The position numbers and the translations under genes are program-made. A stretch of 60,876 nt of DNA, counting the filler. It is 6 parts of 6 records of this genome, joined end to end, with 100 filler letters (N's around TTAATTAATTAA, not from the genome) between each part and the next. Parts side by side here need not be neighbours in the genome. Positions count along the whole stretch, not along the records: positions 52,084 to 60,876 come from SRR31147125_18327; 5 more parts are not named here. One strand, given 5' to 3'. Under the pieces are notes generated by a model. The model saw nothing but the letters and a program-made list of their open reading frames with translations. It searched no databases and had not been told where the DNA came from. Positions within the stretch are counted from its first letter, which is position 1, and each line of letters begins with the position of its first letter. Positions 52,097 through 60,876 of this stretch are shown here, in pieces.

Positions 52097-53296
52097 ATGG
52101 CCACAGCCAAACCATCAAGCTGTATCCTTACCAATCCGGAAACGCTTACCCAGCCGGCTATTCTTGAAAAACTACGTACAATACCAGTAGTCCACATCGT
52201 AATTGATGAAGCCCATATCATCAGTGCCTGGGGTACTACTTTTCGTCCGGCATATCTGAAACTGGCTGCAAGCATTGAAGCATTGGGAAATGAACAAATC
52301 ACAGCCTTTACCGCTACCGCATCACCGCAGATACTGCAGCATATCCGCACGTATCTTTTCGATGAAGAACCCGCTCATCTGATAAGTGGTAATCCCGATC
52401 GCCCGAATATCAGCTATAAAGCCATCCCATCTATCTGTAAACTGCATGATATAACCCGTCTTTGTCATCAACGGCACGGTATGCAACGCCCTATGATCAT
52501 ATTCTGTGGAACCAGAGGCCGCTGCGAATGGCTTGCAGTGAGATTGCGGGTGCGTTTGGGAGATCAGGATATCTGCTACTACCACGCGGGTTTAACTAAA
52601 GAGGAGCGTAAGACGGTTGAGGAGTGGTTTTTCGCCTCGCAAAACGGCATTCTCTGTGCCACATCGGCATACGGAATGGGTATTGATAAAGCCAACGTGC
52701 GGTCCGTTCTGCATTACTGCCTGCCGGCCACAGCCGAAGCATATCTGCAGGAAACCGGCAGGGCGGGACGTGATCGAATGCAGGCTGATACTGCAGCACT
52801 TATAGGAATGGATGATGTGCAAAACAGTCAGACCATACTGAGTTTGGTGCCTCTGTTCCTCCAATCAGAAATCTGCCGCAGGAGGCTTTTGCTGAAAGCT
52901 CTGGACGCGGAACCGGAACACTGTTTCGGCTGTGATGTCTGTGATAACGATGTGCAGAAATATGCAGCCGGTGAACGCGAAATTCTGAAACTGGTCCACC
53001 GCTACTCCCTGCAACTCACATCCCGACAGCTCTCTTTGATTCTGCATGGGACATTTTCATATGCGACCCTGAGAGAAAATCTGCAGCGCTTCAGAGGGTT
53101 TGGATCACTGCAACATTGGATTCTGGATGATATTGAGGCTGCAATACGAACGCTCAAGCAGATTGGCGTGATTGCATCAGCATCTCGCGGACCATGGAAA
53201 AACTTATTGAGAACCACTCATAAGAAGCTTTCATACAAAGATTATCTGAAGCTACGAGCAGAGAGGGTTGATCCCCCCGGGAAATATCTAGCGTGA
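52097..53296 (+). CDS. recQ: RecQ-family helicase, 5' truncated
   Basis: DEAH, WGTTFRP, TATA, YHAG, AYGMGIDK, QETGRAGRD and CRR..CxxCDxC. Walker A is missing because of the contig edge. Confidence 0.88.
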   Translation: MATAKPSSCILTNPETLTQPAILEKLRTIPVVHIVIDEAHIISAWGTTFRPAYLKLAASIEALGNEQITAFTATASPQILQHIRTYLFDEEPAHLISGNPDRPNISYKAIPSICKLHDITRLCHQRHGMQRPMIIFCGTRGRCEWLAVRLRVRLGDQDICYYHAGLTKEERKTVEEWFFASQNGILCATSAYGMGIDKANVRSVLHYCLPATAEAYLQETGRAGRDRMQADTAALIGMDDVQNSQTILSLVPLFLQSEICRRRLLLKALDAEPEHCFGCDVCDNDVQKYAAGEREILKLVHRYSLQLTSRQLSLILHGTFSYATLRENLQRFRGFGSLQHWILDDIEAAIRTLKQIGVIASASRGPWKNLLRTTHKKLSYKDYLKLRAERVDPPGKYLA

Positions 53297-53914
53297 ATAG
53301 TATTCAACAACCAGCTGATCATTGACCAGACGGGGAATATCATCACGAAATGGAAGTCGTACAACTATGCCTGATAACGCGTCTTCATCCAGATTCAGCC
53401 AGACGGGTGTCGGCCTGCCGCTTGCGGCTAACCGCTCTCTGGTAACTTTTCCCAATGTATTTCCCGATTTCTGTTTAACCACAATGGTATCACCTTCTGA
53501 AATTGAAAATGAAGGGATATCAACCCGTTTACCGTTAACCGCAATATGGCCATGACTTACCATCTGACGAGCCTGGGAACGGGTAGCCGCAAAACCTAGA
53601 CGATATATTACGTTATCCAGACGTCTTTCAAGCAAGACCAGTAAATTCGTTCCGGTTTCACCACGCTGCTGTTTAGCGTATCTGAACATGTTTCTGAACT
53701 GCCGTTCATTCATTCCATACGCAAATCGCAGCTTCTGTTTCTCCTTCAGCTGAAGCGCGTATTCGCTCTCCTTTCTTCTGCGTTTCTGCCCTCTGTCCTG
53801 ACCGGGTCCATGCGGTTTTCTCTTCAGCAATGAATCATATTTCGGATTCCCATATATATTCACACCCAACCTGCGTACTATGGATCCTTTCGCTTTCTTT
53901 TTATTTGATGCCAT
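53288..53914 (-). CDS. rpsD: 30S ribosomal protein S4 (zinc-free type)
   Basis: SEYALQLKEKQK, LERRLDNVIYRLG, ARQMVSHGH, VVEYYSR; no Cys. Confidence 0.97.
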   Translation of the reverse strand: MASNKKKAKGSIVRRLGVNIYGNPKYDSLLKRKPHGPGQDRGQKRRRKESEYALQLKEKQKLRFAYGMNERQFRNMFRYAKQQRGETGTNLLVLLERRLDNVIYRLGFAATRSQARQMVSHGHIAVNGKRVDIPSFSISEGDTIVVKQKSGNTLGKVTRERLAASGRPTPVWLNLDEDALSGIVVRLPFRDDIPRLVNDQLVVEYYSR

Positions 53915-54073
53915 TACAGCTGTACTCCTTCATACACAACCCAAAATCTGAAATCAATAGTCAGTTTCAAATTGTAATTGTTCACAAATATAATGCACAT
54001 TAAAAACAACGTCAATTGCCCCGATTAGTATCAGAGATGAAATACCATCAGATTCCCGATAATCCTAGTACAG

Positions 54074-55111
54074 CTACACCCCAACTTGAACCGGTGGAAT
54101 GATTTCTGTCAATTCCTCTTCAGCTCGCAAACCGCTGACTATCTGCTCTATCAGCAATTCTGCTGCTCTGCGATAGAGATTCCCTGGATTTAGATCGATA
54201 CTGTGAAATGTATACGGCAATAAACTGCGGAAAGGAACGGCATCATATCCGCACATCGGCAGATCCAGCATACCGGATTGCAGTGTTTCTCCTATCAGGG
54301 AGTTGAGGACAGAGACGAGAACAATATCGTTTACCGCCGCTACTCCATCAGCTTTAGAATCCATTAATGCAGTCTTAATAATTTCAGCCAATTCAGTGCT
54401 GCTGAAGCGATTGAAGGGAATTTCCAGAACACACGGTTCATCCAATCCTGCTTCATGCCAAAACCTGGTGAATCCATCCAGGCGACTGCGGTGCGGGTGT
54501 ACCTCGTTCACATAGGCCGTAATATAGAGCGGATGCCTGCAGCCCTGCTCCTGCAGTGTCCTGCCCTGCAGTGTTCCTCCCAGCACATTATCGGTACAGC
54601 AGCGCTGAAATCCGCTGAACTCCCTGGTGTGATGCGCGAGAACATAAGGAATGCTCATTCCCCTGACGGCTTCAGCTTCAGATAGTATATCGGCATCATA
54701 ACAGAGGATTCCGTCAGTCGCGGCCGCAATGCGTGACAGGTCATCATCAAGAGAAACGGTTTCCATCTTAAGCGTAAACATGGTGGTTTCCAGATAATCA
54801 TTCACACTTTTAATGACATCGGCAAAAAACCAGTTGAAGTTGGGCATGTTTCCCCAGTAATAGGGGCGATGCTCTTTCCTGATTTCCAGCAGGGTGATGG
54901 TTCCCGTCCCGTTGCGGCGTAAAGAGCTTGCCGACTTATTGGGGGTGTAGCCCAGATCAGCAGCGGCCTGCCGTACAGCGTCACGTTTTTCTCTAACAAC
55001 CGTTCCAGGGCTGTTGAATACCCTTGAGACTGTTGCCGAACTGACTCCAGCGGCCTTGGCAACATCGTTTCTGGTTATAGGACTCTTCTTTATCATACTG
55101 ATATGAACCAC
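54074..55111 (-). CDS. LacI-family regulator
   Basis: TRNDVAKAAGVSSATVSRV, LGYTPN..ASSL; divergent from galTK. Confidence 0.93.
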   Translation of the reverse strand: MVHISMIKKSPITRNDVAKAAGVSSATVSRVFNSPGTVVREKRDAVRQAAADLGYTPNKSASSLRRNGTGTITLLEIRKEHRPYYWGNMPNFNWFFADVIKSVNDYLETTMFTLKMETVSLDDDLSRIAAATDGILCYDADILSEAEAVRGMSIPYVLAHHTREFSGFQRCCTDNVLGGTLQGRTLQEQGCRHPLYITAYVNEVHPHRSRLDGFTRFWHEAGLDEPCVLEIPFNRFSSTELAEIIKTALMDSKADGVAAVNDIVLVSVLNSLIGETLQSGMLDLPMCGYDAVPFRSLLPYTFHSIDLNPGNLYRRAAELLIEQIVSGLRAEEELTEIIPPVQVGV

Positions 55112-55191
55112 CTGTTATTTCTCTGAAACAAAAAACATGACTAAATCATTACTCGTCTCTTGACTTTCGGACACTGATAGTATATCACTAA

Positions 55192-55207
55192 TTGTACACG
55201 TGTACAA
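55192..55207. promoter_or_regulatory. LacI-family operator
   Basis: Perfect 16-bp palindrome TTGTACACGTGTACAA with central CG, between lacI and galT, downstream of TTGACT (55160-55165). Confidence 0.8.
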
Positions 55208-55241
55208 GCGTATAAAACAAAAACTCAGGAGGCTCCCTGAA

Positions 55242-56288
55242 ATGAACCTGAAAGAGAATCCGCATCAGCGATATAACCCGCTTACCGGTGAATGGGTGCT
55301 AGTATCACCTCATAGAACAAAACGTCCCTGGCAGGGCCAGTCGGAAGATGCCGCAACCGATCAGGGTCCGCAGTATGACCCCAAATGCTACCTGTGCCCA
55401 GGCAATGAACGAGCCGGCGGCCTGAAAAATCCCGCATATGAATCAACCTTTGTCTTTGACAATGATTTTTCTTCTATGCTGCCTGATACTCCCGAGGGTG
55501 AGTTGTCAAAAGGCCCAAACGGCATGATTCGGGCACAGCAGGAACGCGGTCTCTGCCGGGTTGTCTGTTTTTCTCCGCGCCACGACCTTACTCTGGCCCG
55601 TATGAAGCAGACAGACATCGTGAAAGTAATCGACCTCTGGGCGAATCAGTATACCGATCTCGGAAGCCGCGAGTTCATCAACCATGTCCAGATTTTTGAA
55701 AACCGCGGAGCCGTCATGGGATGCTCCAATCCGCACCCTCATGGACAGATTTGGGCTGAAGAGTTCATTCCCGACCTTCCGGCTAAGGAACTCCAGAACC
55801 AGGAGACCTATTTCGCGGAACATAATTCCCCGCTGCTCATGGACTATCTTACCTATGAAAAAGAGCAGCAAGAACGCATTGTAGCCTCGAATGCGTCATT
55901 CACTGTACTAGTACCCTACTGGGCAGTCTGGCCCTATGAAACCATGATACTGCCCAATAGACAGGTGCAGTCCCTGCCGCAGCTTACCGCAGATGAACGC
56001 AAAGATCTGGCCGAAATCATGCAGACCATCGGGATAAAATATGACAACCTATTCAAGACCAGTTTCCCCTACTCCATGGGAATCCACCAGGCTCCGACTG
56101 ACGATAAAGAGTATCCCGGGTGCCAGATGCACTTTCACTATATGCCCCCGCTTTTGCGATCGGCTACCGTAAAAAAATTCATGGTTGGGTATGAATTGAT
56201 GGCACGCCCCCAACGTGATATCACAGCTGAAATGAGTGCCGCAAAACTGAGAGAACTATCAACTGACCATTTTCTCAACCAGGCTTGA
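55242..56288 (+). CDS. galT: Galactose-1-phosphate uridylyltransferase
   Basis: [45 protein letters not shown] before ATG 55242. Confidence 0.97.
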   Translation: MNLKENPHQRYNPLTGEWVLVSPHRTKRPWQGQSEDAATDQGPQYDPKCYLCPGNERAGGLKNPAYESTFVFDNDFSSMLPDTPEGELSKGPNGMIRAQQERGLCRVVCFSPRHDLTLARMKQTDIVKVIDLWANQYTDLGSREFINHVQIFENRGAVMGCSNPHPHGQIWAEEFIPDLPAKELQNQETYFAEHNSPLLMDYLTYEKEQQERIVASNASFTVLVPYWAVWPYETMILPNRQVQSLPQLTADERKDLAEIMQTIGIKYDNLFKTSFPYSMGIHQAPTDDKEYPGCQMHFHYMPPLLRSATVKKFMVGYELMARPQRDITAEMSAAKLRELSTDHFLNQA

Positions 56289-56335
56289 TATGATTAAGAA
56301 GGTAGATCATCTCACAGTACATATAGAGGTAAGTT

Positions 56336-57631
56336 ATGAATTCACAAAAAATAGTCGAAAACATTCATTCAGGAACATATGATAAAGAAGTATTTGAAGA
56401 TATATACACAGCAACCTTTGATGCCGCCGCACAGCATGAACGCTACACAGCACTGCTGAAACGACATGTTGAACTATTCGGGGAATCTGATGCGCAGACA
56501 CCACGCCTATACAGTATTCCGGGCCGTACTGAGCTGGGAGGAAATCATACCGATCACAACAGAGGCTGTGTCCTGGCGGCGGCAGTAAATCTGGATACCA
56601 TCGCAGCGGCCGTTCCCACTGATGATATGGTCATCGTCATCGACTCTGAAGGTTTTGACCCGGTTGTCGTAGATATTTCCAACTCTTCCGCTGAACCTGA
56701 CCCACAAGTATACGGCACCACCGACTCTCTGGTTACCGGGCTGGCGGCCGCGTTCCGCAAAAATGGACATACTGTGGGCGGATTCAAAGCAAATACATCC
56801 ACAAGTGTACTGAAAGGCTCCGGACTCAGTTCCTCAGCAGCTATTGAAATTACCATCGCCTCTATTCTGAACGACCTCTATAACGATAATGAACTAGATC
56901 CTGTAACACTGGCCCAATACAGCCAATATTCAGAAAATATCTTTTTTGGAAAACCTTCCGGACTGATGGATCAAACCGCTTGTGCCTATGGTGGTATTAT
57001 CGGTATCGATTTCAAAAACCCGAACCAGCCTGTAATCTCTGAGGTATCCTACTCATTCAATGAACAGGGATATACCCTGGCGGTTGTAGACACGGGCGGC
57101 AATCATGCCGATCTCACACCTGCATATGCCGCTATTCCTGAAGAGATGGGAAGTATTGCGGCCCACTTTGGGAAATCACACTGCCGGGATATAACTTTCG
57201 AACAGCTGGTATCGGTAATCCCGCAACTGCGGGAAAAATATGGGGACAGAGCAGTCCTGCGTGCCATCCATTTCCTGCAGGAAACAGACCGGGCGGCAGA
57301 GATGGTCGGTGTTCTGAAATCAGGTTCCTTCGACGAATATCTTGCGCTTGTGAAAGCCTCCGGCGACTCATCATTCAAATACCTCCAGAATATCTACCCC
57401 TCGTATCATCCTGAAGAACAGGGATTGAGTCTGGCTCTGGCATTAACCGAACATTTTCTGAATGAGGATGGTGCTTGCCGTGTGCATGGAGGTGGATTTG
57501 CCGGTACAATTCAGGCTTATATTCCGAATCAGAGAATTGATGCTTATAGAGAGCTGATGACTTCCGTTTTCGGACCGAACGCGGTTGTAGTACTGTCTAT
57601 ACGCAACCGATCGGCGGGCAGGATTATCTAG
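56336..57631 (+). CDS. galK: Galactokinase (GHMP kinase)
   Basis: PGRTELGGNHTDH, GSGLSSSAA, GLMDQ, RVHGGGFAG. Confidence 0.93.
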   Translation: MNSQKIVENIHSGTYDKEVFEDIYTATFDAAAQHERYTALLKRHVELFGESDAQTPRLYSIPGRTELGGNHTDHNRGCVLAAAVNLDTIAAAVPTDDMVIVIDSEGFDPVVVDISNSSAEPDPQVYGTTDSLVTGLAAAFRKNGHTVGGFKANTSTSVLKGSGLSSSAAIEITIASILNDLYNDNELDPVTLAQYSQYSENIFFGKPSGLMDQTACAYGGIIGIDFKNPNQPVISEVSYSFNEQGYTLAVVDTGGNHADLTPAYAAIPEEMGSIAAHFGKSHCRDITFEQLVSVIPQLREKYGDRAVLRAIHFLQETDRAAEMVGVLKSGSFDEYLALVKASGDSSFKYLQNIYPSYHPEEQGLSLALALTEHFLNEDGACRVHGGGFAGTIQAYIPNQRIDAYRELMTSVFGPNAVVVLSIRNRSAGRII

Positions 57632-57654
57632 CCCAATACACCTTTTGTTTGTGC

Positions 57655-58932
57655 TTACTTATTCAGCCAATTCTTATCGGTTGGATTTATCGTAACCGCA
57701 CTGCCCTTCCGATCCAGGAGCATAGCAAGATTCTCCGGAATGGGAATTTCCTGATCTATAACGGGTTCCACAATGGTCTCAAACTTAGCAGGATGGGCAG
57801 TTGCCACCACTATCGAGTGTGCTCCAACCACATCCACGAAGTGGTTTCTTACAAACTCTCCGGATGCAGTATGGGGACAGACAGCATACTCAGAACGATG
57901 CCAAACTAAAGAGATCTCCTCTCGAATCTGCTCATCAGACACACTGAAAGCCGCTATATTCGCCCGCATAGACTCGATATCGGGAAACATGAAACGCAGC
58001 CGCTCCATATTGCTCGGGTCGCCCACATCCATGGCATTTGCTAACGTGGCAATACTCTCCCGAGCTTCGTATGATCCGGATTCCAGAAAATCGGGAATCG
58101 TCTTGTTGGCATTTACCGCCAGCACAATCCGCTCAATCGGGGCCCCCATAGCTTTTGCAATATAGGCTCCTACCGAATTTCCCACATTACCACTGGGAAT
58201 CACAATTACCGGACGTTTACCGGTTGTTCGCTGATACTGCAATGCAGCATAGAGATAATAGACTGACTGCGGCAGGAGGCGGCCCAGATTAATACTATTG
58301 GCCGAAGTCAGATGATGCTGTTCCCTTAATTCGGCATCCATGAAGGCATCTTTCACCATTTTTTGACAGTCATCAAAAGCACCCAGAACTGAATAGGCCG
58401 ACACATTATCGCCCCAGCAAGTCAACTGTTTTTCCTGTCGCTTTGATACCCTGCCCAACGGATAGAGTACCTTCACCGCGATATTGTGTTTTCCATGAAA
58501 CGCGGCAGCAACCGCCCCGCCGGTATCACCGGAAGTGGCCACCAGGATCGTCAAAGAAGTCTGTTTTCGCTCGGATATTCTCTGCATGGAAGAAGCAAGG
58601 AAGCGTGCTCCAAAATCTTTGAAAGCCGCAGTCGGGCCATGGATTAATTCCAAAACAGCCTTACTCTCATCATGCCAGTGCAGTGGTATGGGAAAATCGA
58701 ATGCCTCTCGACATATAGCCGGTAAATCCCCAGCCAGCGGATCCTCAGCAAAAAACGGAGCCAGCATCCGGGTCGCGATCTCTGCATATGATAATTCCGC
58801 AGGAAAATCCTCCAGACGCAAAGCAGGCATTGATTCCGGTACATAGAGACCACCATCAGGAGCAAGGCCCTGTAAAATGGCATCTGAAGCCGTTACGGCG
58901 GGTGATTCCCCTCTGGTGCTGATAAACCTCAT
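57655..58932 (-). CDS. thrC: Threonine synthase
   Basis: GLAPDGGLY, HGPTAAFKD, ATSGDTG, SANSIN, TAHPAKF. Confidence 0.97.
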   Translation of the reverse strand: MRFISTRGESPAVTASDAILQGLAPDGGLYVPESMPALRLEDFPAELSYAEIATRMLAPFFAEDPLAGDLPAICREAFDFPIPLHWHDESKAVLELIHGPTAAFKDFGARFLASSMQRISERKQTSLTILVATSGDTGGAVAAAFHGKHNIAVKVLYPLGRVSKRQEKQLTCWGDNVSAYSVLGAFDDCQKMVKDAFMDAELREQHHLTSANSINLGRLLPQSVYYLYAALQYQRTTGKRPVIVIPSGNVGNSVGAYIAKAMGAPIERIVLAVNANKTIPDFLESGSYEARESIATLANAMDVGDPSNMERLRFMFPDIESMRANIAAFSVSDEQIREEISLVWHRSEYAVCPHTASGEFVRNHFVDVVGAHSIVVATAHPAKFETIVEPVIDQEIPIPENLAMLLDRKGSAVTINPTDKNWLNK

Positions 58933-58970
58933 CTCTTATATCTCCTTACATTCTCATCTCTATACATATC

Positions 58971-60875
58971 TTAATAACGGGCTCCAAGAAAAGCCCCCAG
59001 TCTGAGCAGGTCGGCAAATACACCGCCGGCAGTTACTTCCGGTCCAGCTCCCGGTCCCTGAATAACAAGCGGCTGATCATGATACCGATCGGTGGTAAAC
59101 GCCACAATATTGTCCGTACCCGTAATGCGGGCAAAGGGATGATCTTCAGGATATCCCCGCAGTTCCACACTGCAGGTACCATCCTCATTGATTATACCCA
59201 CATACTTCAGCAATTCATTCCGAGCGGCAGCCTCCTGACGCATCTTCTGCATGGCAGAATCCATCAGTGAAAGCCGTTCCATAAAATTCTCGTAATCACC
59301 ATTTCGCAGCTCCGTCGGAATAAGATTGAGAACCGGGACATCATCAACCTCTATCTCGATACCAATCTCCCGTGCCAGAATCACCGTCTTGCGCACAATA
59401 TCCATTCCCGACAAATCATCACGCGGATCAGGTTCGGTAAATCCCAGCTGTTTGGCTTCCTTCACCAGTTCGCTGAACGGTACCGTACCATCGAAACGCC
59501 AGAACAGATATGCCAATGTGCCCGAAAAAACGCCTTCGATACGATGCACGCGATCTCCGGTCTGAATCAGATCCTTCAAGGTATTGATGATCGGCAGACC
59601 CGCACCGACGGTGGTTTCATAGAGAAAATGCTTGCCCCGCGCACGTCCCTTACCCATTAACTCATGATAATAGGGCAATTTTTCCGTTCCCGCTTTCTTA
59701 TTCGGGGTAATAATATGAATCCCGCGTTCAATCCACTCAACATAGCGTTTCGGTAAATAACTCGATGTCGAACAGTCAATAAATACCGCATGGGGGAAAT
59801 AGTCGGCAGCAACATGATCGGTGAACTGATCTATGTCCGCTTCCACCGCCTCCCGTTTGAATCGTCCCTGCCAGTCGGCAAGATCGATGCCGTAATCGTC
59901 AATTAGCATATGCTTCGAATTGGCAATTCCCCGTACCCGCAGATCTACATTGAATTCATCCTTCAGCCGCTGCGACTCCCGTGAAATCTGATCCAGCAGA
60001 GTTTTCCCTATCAACCCCGGTCCCAGTAGTCCAATACTGAGCGCCTGTCTGGAGAGAAAAAAACCGGCATGCAGGGTACGCAGTGCTTTCTTGGAATCTT
60101 CGCCCTTAATAACGGCACTGATATTGCGTTCAGACGATCCCTGAGCGATGGCCCGCACATTTACTCCCGCCTTGCCGAGGCTGTTGAAGAATTTGGCAGC
60201 GATACCGGGCACACCAGGCATACGTTCACCAACCGCGGCAACAATCGCACAGTTCTTCTCAACTTCGATTGAGTTAATACGGTAACCTGCCAGCTCTTCG
60301 GCAAAAGTCAGCTTAATCACCTGTTCGGCCCGCTCGGCATCCTGTTCATGCACGGCAAAACAGATGGAGTGCTCACTGGAAGCCTGAGAGATTAAAATAA
60401 CCGATATTCCCGCCTCCCGCAGAGCGGAAAACAGTCTGGATGATATCCCGGGCACACCGATCATCCCCGCCCCTTCGACATTTACCAAAGCAGTATGATG
60501 AATCGCCGAAAAACCTTTTACTATAAGATCCGATTCTTCATCGGTATCCTGAGATACACAGGTTCCCGGATGGGTCATATCCGTCAGATTACGTAAATAG
60601 ATCGGGATTTGTTTCTCAATAGCAGGCGCCATTGCCAGCGGATGCAGTACCCTGGCACCAAAGAATGATAGTTCGGTCGCTTCGGCATAGGTAAGATGTG
60701 GAATAATCGATGCACTGGGCACCTCATCGATATCGGCAGTCATTACCATTTCACGTTTATTCCAGAACGTCACGAATTCAGCATCCAGCAGCGCGCCCAC
60801 CGCTGAGGCCGTCAGTTCACCGCAGTTACGGTCAGTCACCACGACTGAAGATCCATCACACAGCGACCATCCCCC
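58971..60875 (-). CDS. thrA: Aspartokinase-like/ACT/homoserine dehydrogenase fusion, 5' truncated
   Basis: FGARVLHP, two ACT domains (ISQASSE, IAQGSSE), GPGLIG, TPNKK, YETTVGAGLP, EPDPRDDLSG and GAGPEVTA. The frame is open to the window end. Confidence 0.9.
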   Translation of the reverse strand, partial: GGWSLCDGSSVVVTDRNCGELTASAVGALLDAEFVTFWNKREMVMTADIDEVPSASIIPHLTYAEATELSFFGARVLHPLAMAPAIEKQIPIYLRNLTDMTHPGTCVSQDTDEESDLIVKGFSAIHHTALVNVEGAGMIGVPGISSRLFSALREAGISVILISQASSEHSICFAVHEQDAERAEQVIKLTFAEELAGYRINSIEVEKNCAIVAAVGERMPGVPGIAAKFFNSLGKAGVNVRAIAQGSSERNISAVIKGEDSKKALRTLHAGFFLSRQALSIGLLGPGLIGKTLLDQISRESQRLKDEFNVDLRVRGIANSKHMLIDDYGIDLADWQGRFKREAVEADIDQFTDHVAADYFPHAVFIDCSTSSYLPKRYVEWIERGIHIITPNKKAGTEKLPYYHELMGKGRARGKHFLYETTVGAGLPIINTLKDLIQTGDRVHRIEGVFSGTLAYLFWRFDGTVPFSELVKEAKQLGFTEPDPRDDLSGMDIVRKTVILAREIGIEIEVDDVPVLNLIPTELRNGDYENFMERLSLMDSAMQKMRQEAAARNELLKYVGIINEDGTCSVELRGYPEDHPFARITGTDNIVAFTTDRYHDQPLVIQGPGAGPEVTAGGVFADLLRLGAFLGARY

Positions 60876-60876
60876 C

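Noticed and set aside
53969-53990. Possible Zur or Rex box upstream of rpsD (AAATTGTAATTGTTCACAAAT)
   Set aside because: Only one half matches, the spacing fits neither consensus, and the background is AT-rich.

Overview
The window is not one locus. It is six unrelated contigs joined by 100-nt N spacers, each carrying the all-frame stop linker TTAATTAATTAA (14153-14252, 22468-22567, 30245-30344, 42650-42749, 51984-52083). (1) 1-14152: a catabolic cluster from a probable anaerobe with LysR, D-serine dehydratase, two TRAP transporters, a D-aminoacylase, an M20 deacylase, a sigma-54 activator and a divergent SHMT paralogue resembling 2-methylserine hydroxymethyltransferase. (2) 14253-22467: adhE-rex, then an AT-rich two-gene island (K+-channel pore protein plus P-loop ATPase) that is a candidate defence system. 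(3) 22568-30244: Bacteroidota-like signalling genes (YfiR-fused histidine kinase, response regulator, divergent TonB receptor). (4) 30345-42649: IS relics, a lipocalin and a five-gene envelope operon with a PKD/beta-helix lipoprotein and a lipoprotein caspase. (5) 42750-51983: kdsA-[three unknown envelope genes]-kdsD-lptC-lptA-lptB-rpoN-hslV-hslU. (6) 52084-60876: spirochaete-like recQ, rpsD, lacI, galT, galK, thrC and thrA. Several genes are split, mostly by single-base losses in homopolymers, probably sequencing errors. No CRISPR array, tRNA or rRNA was seen. All calls come from motifs read by eye; no searches were run.
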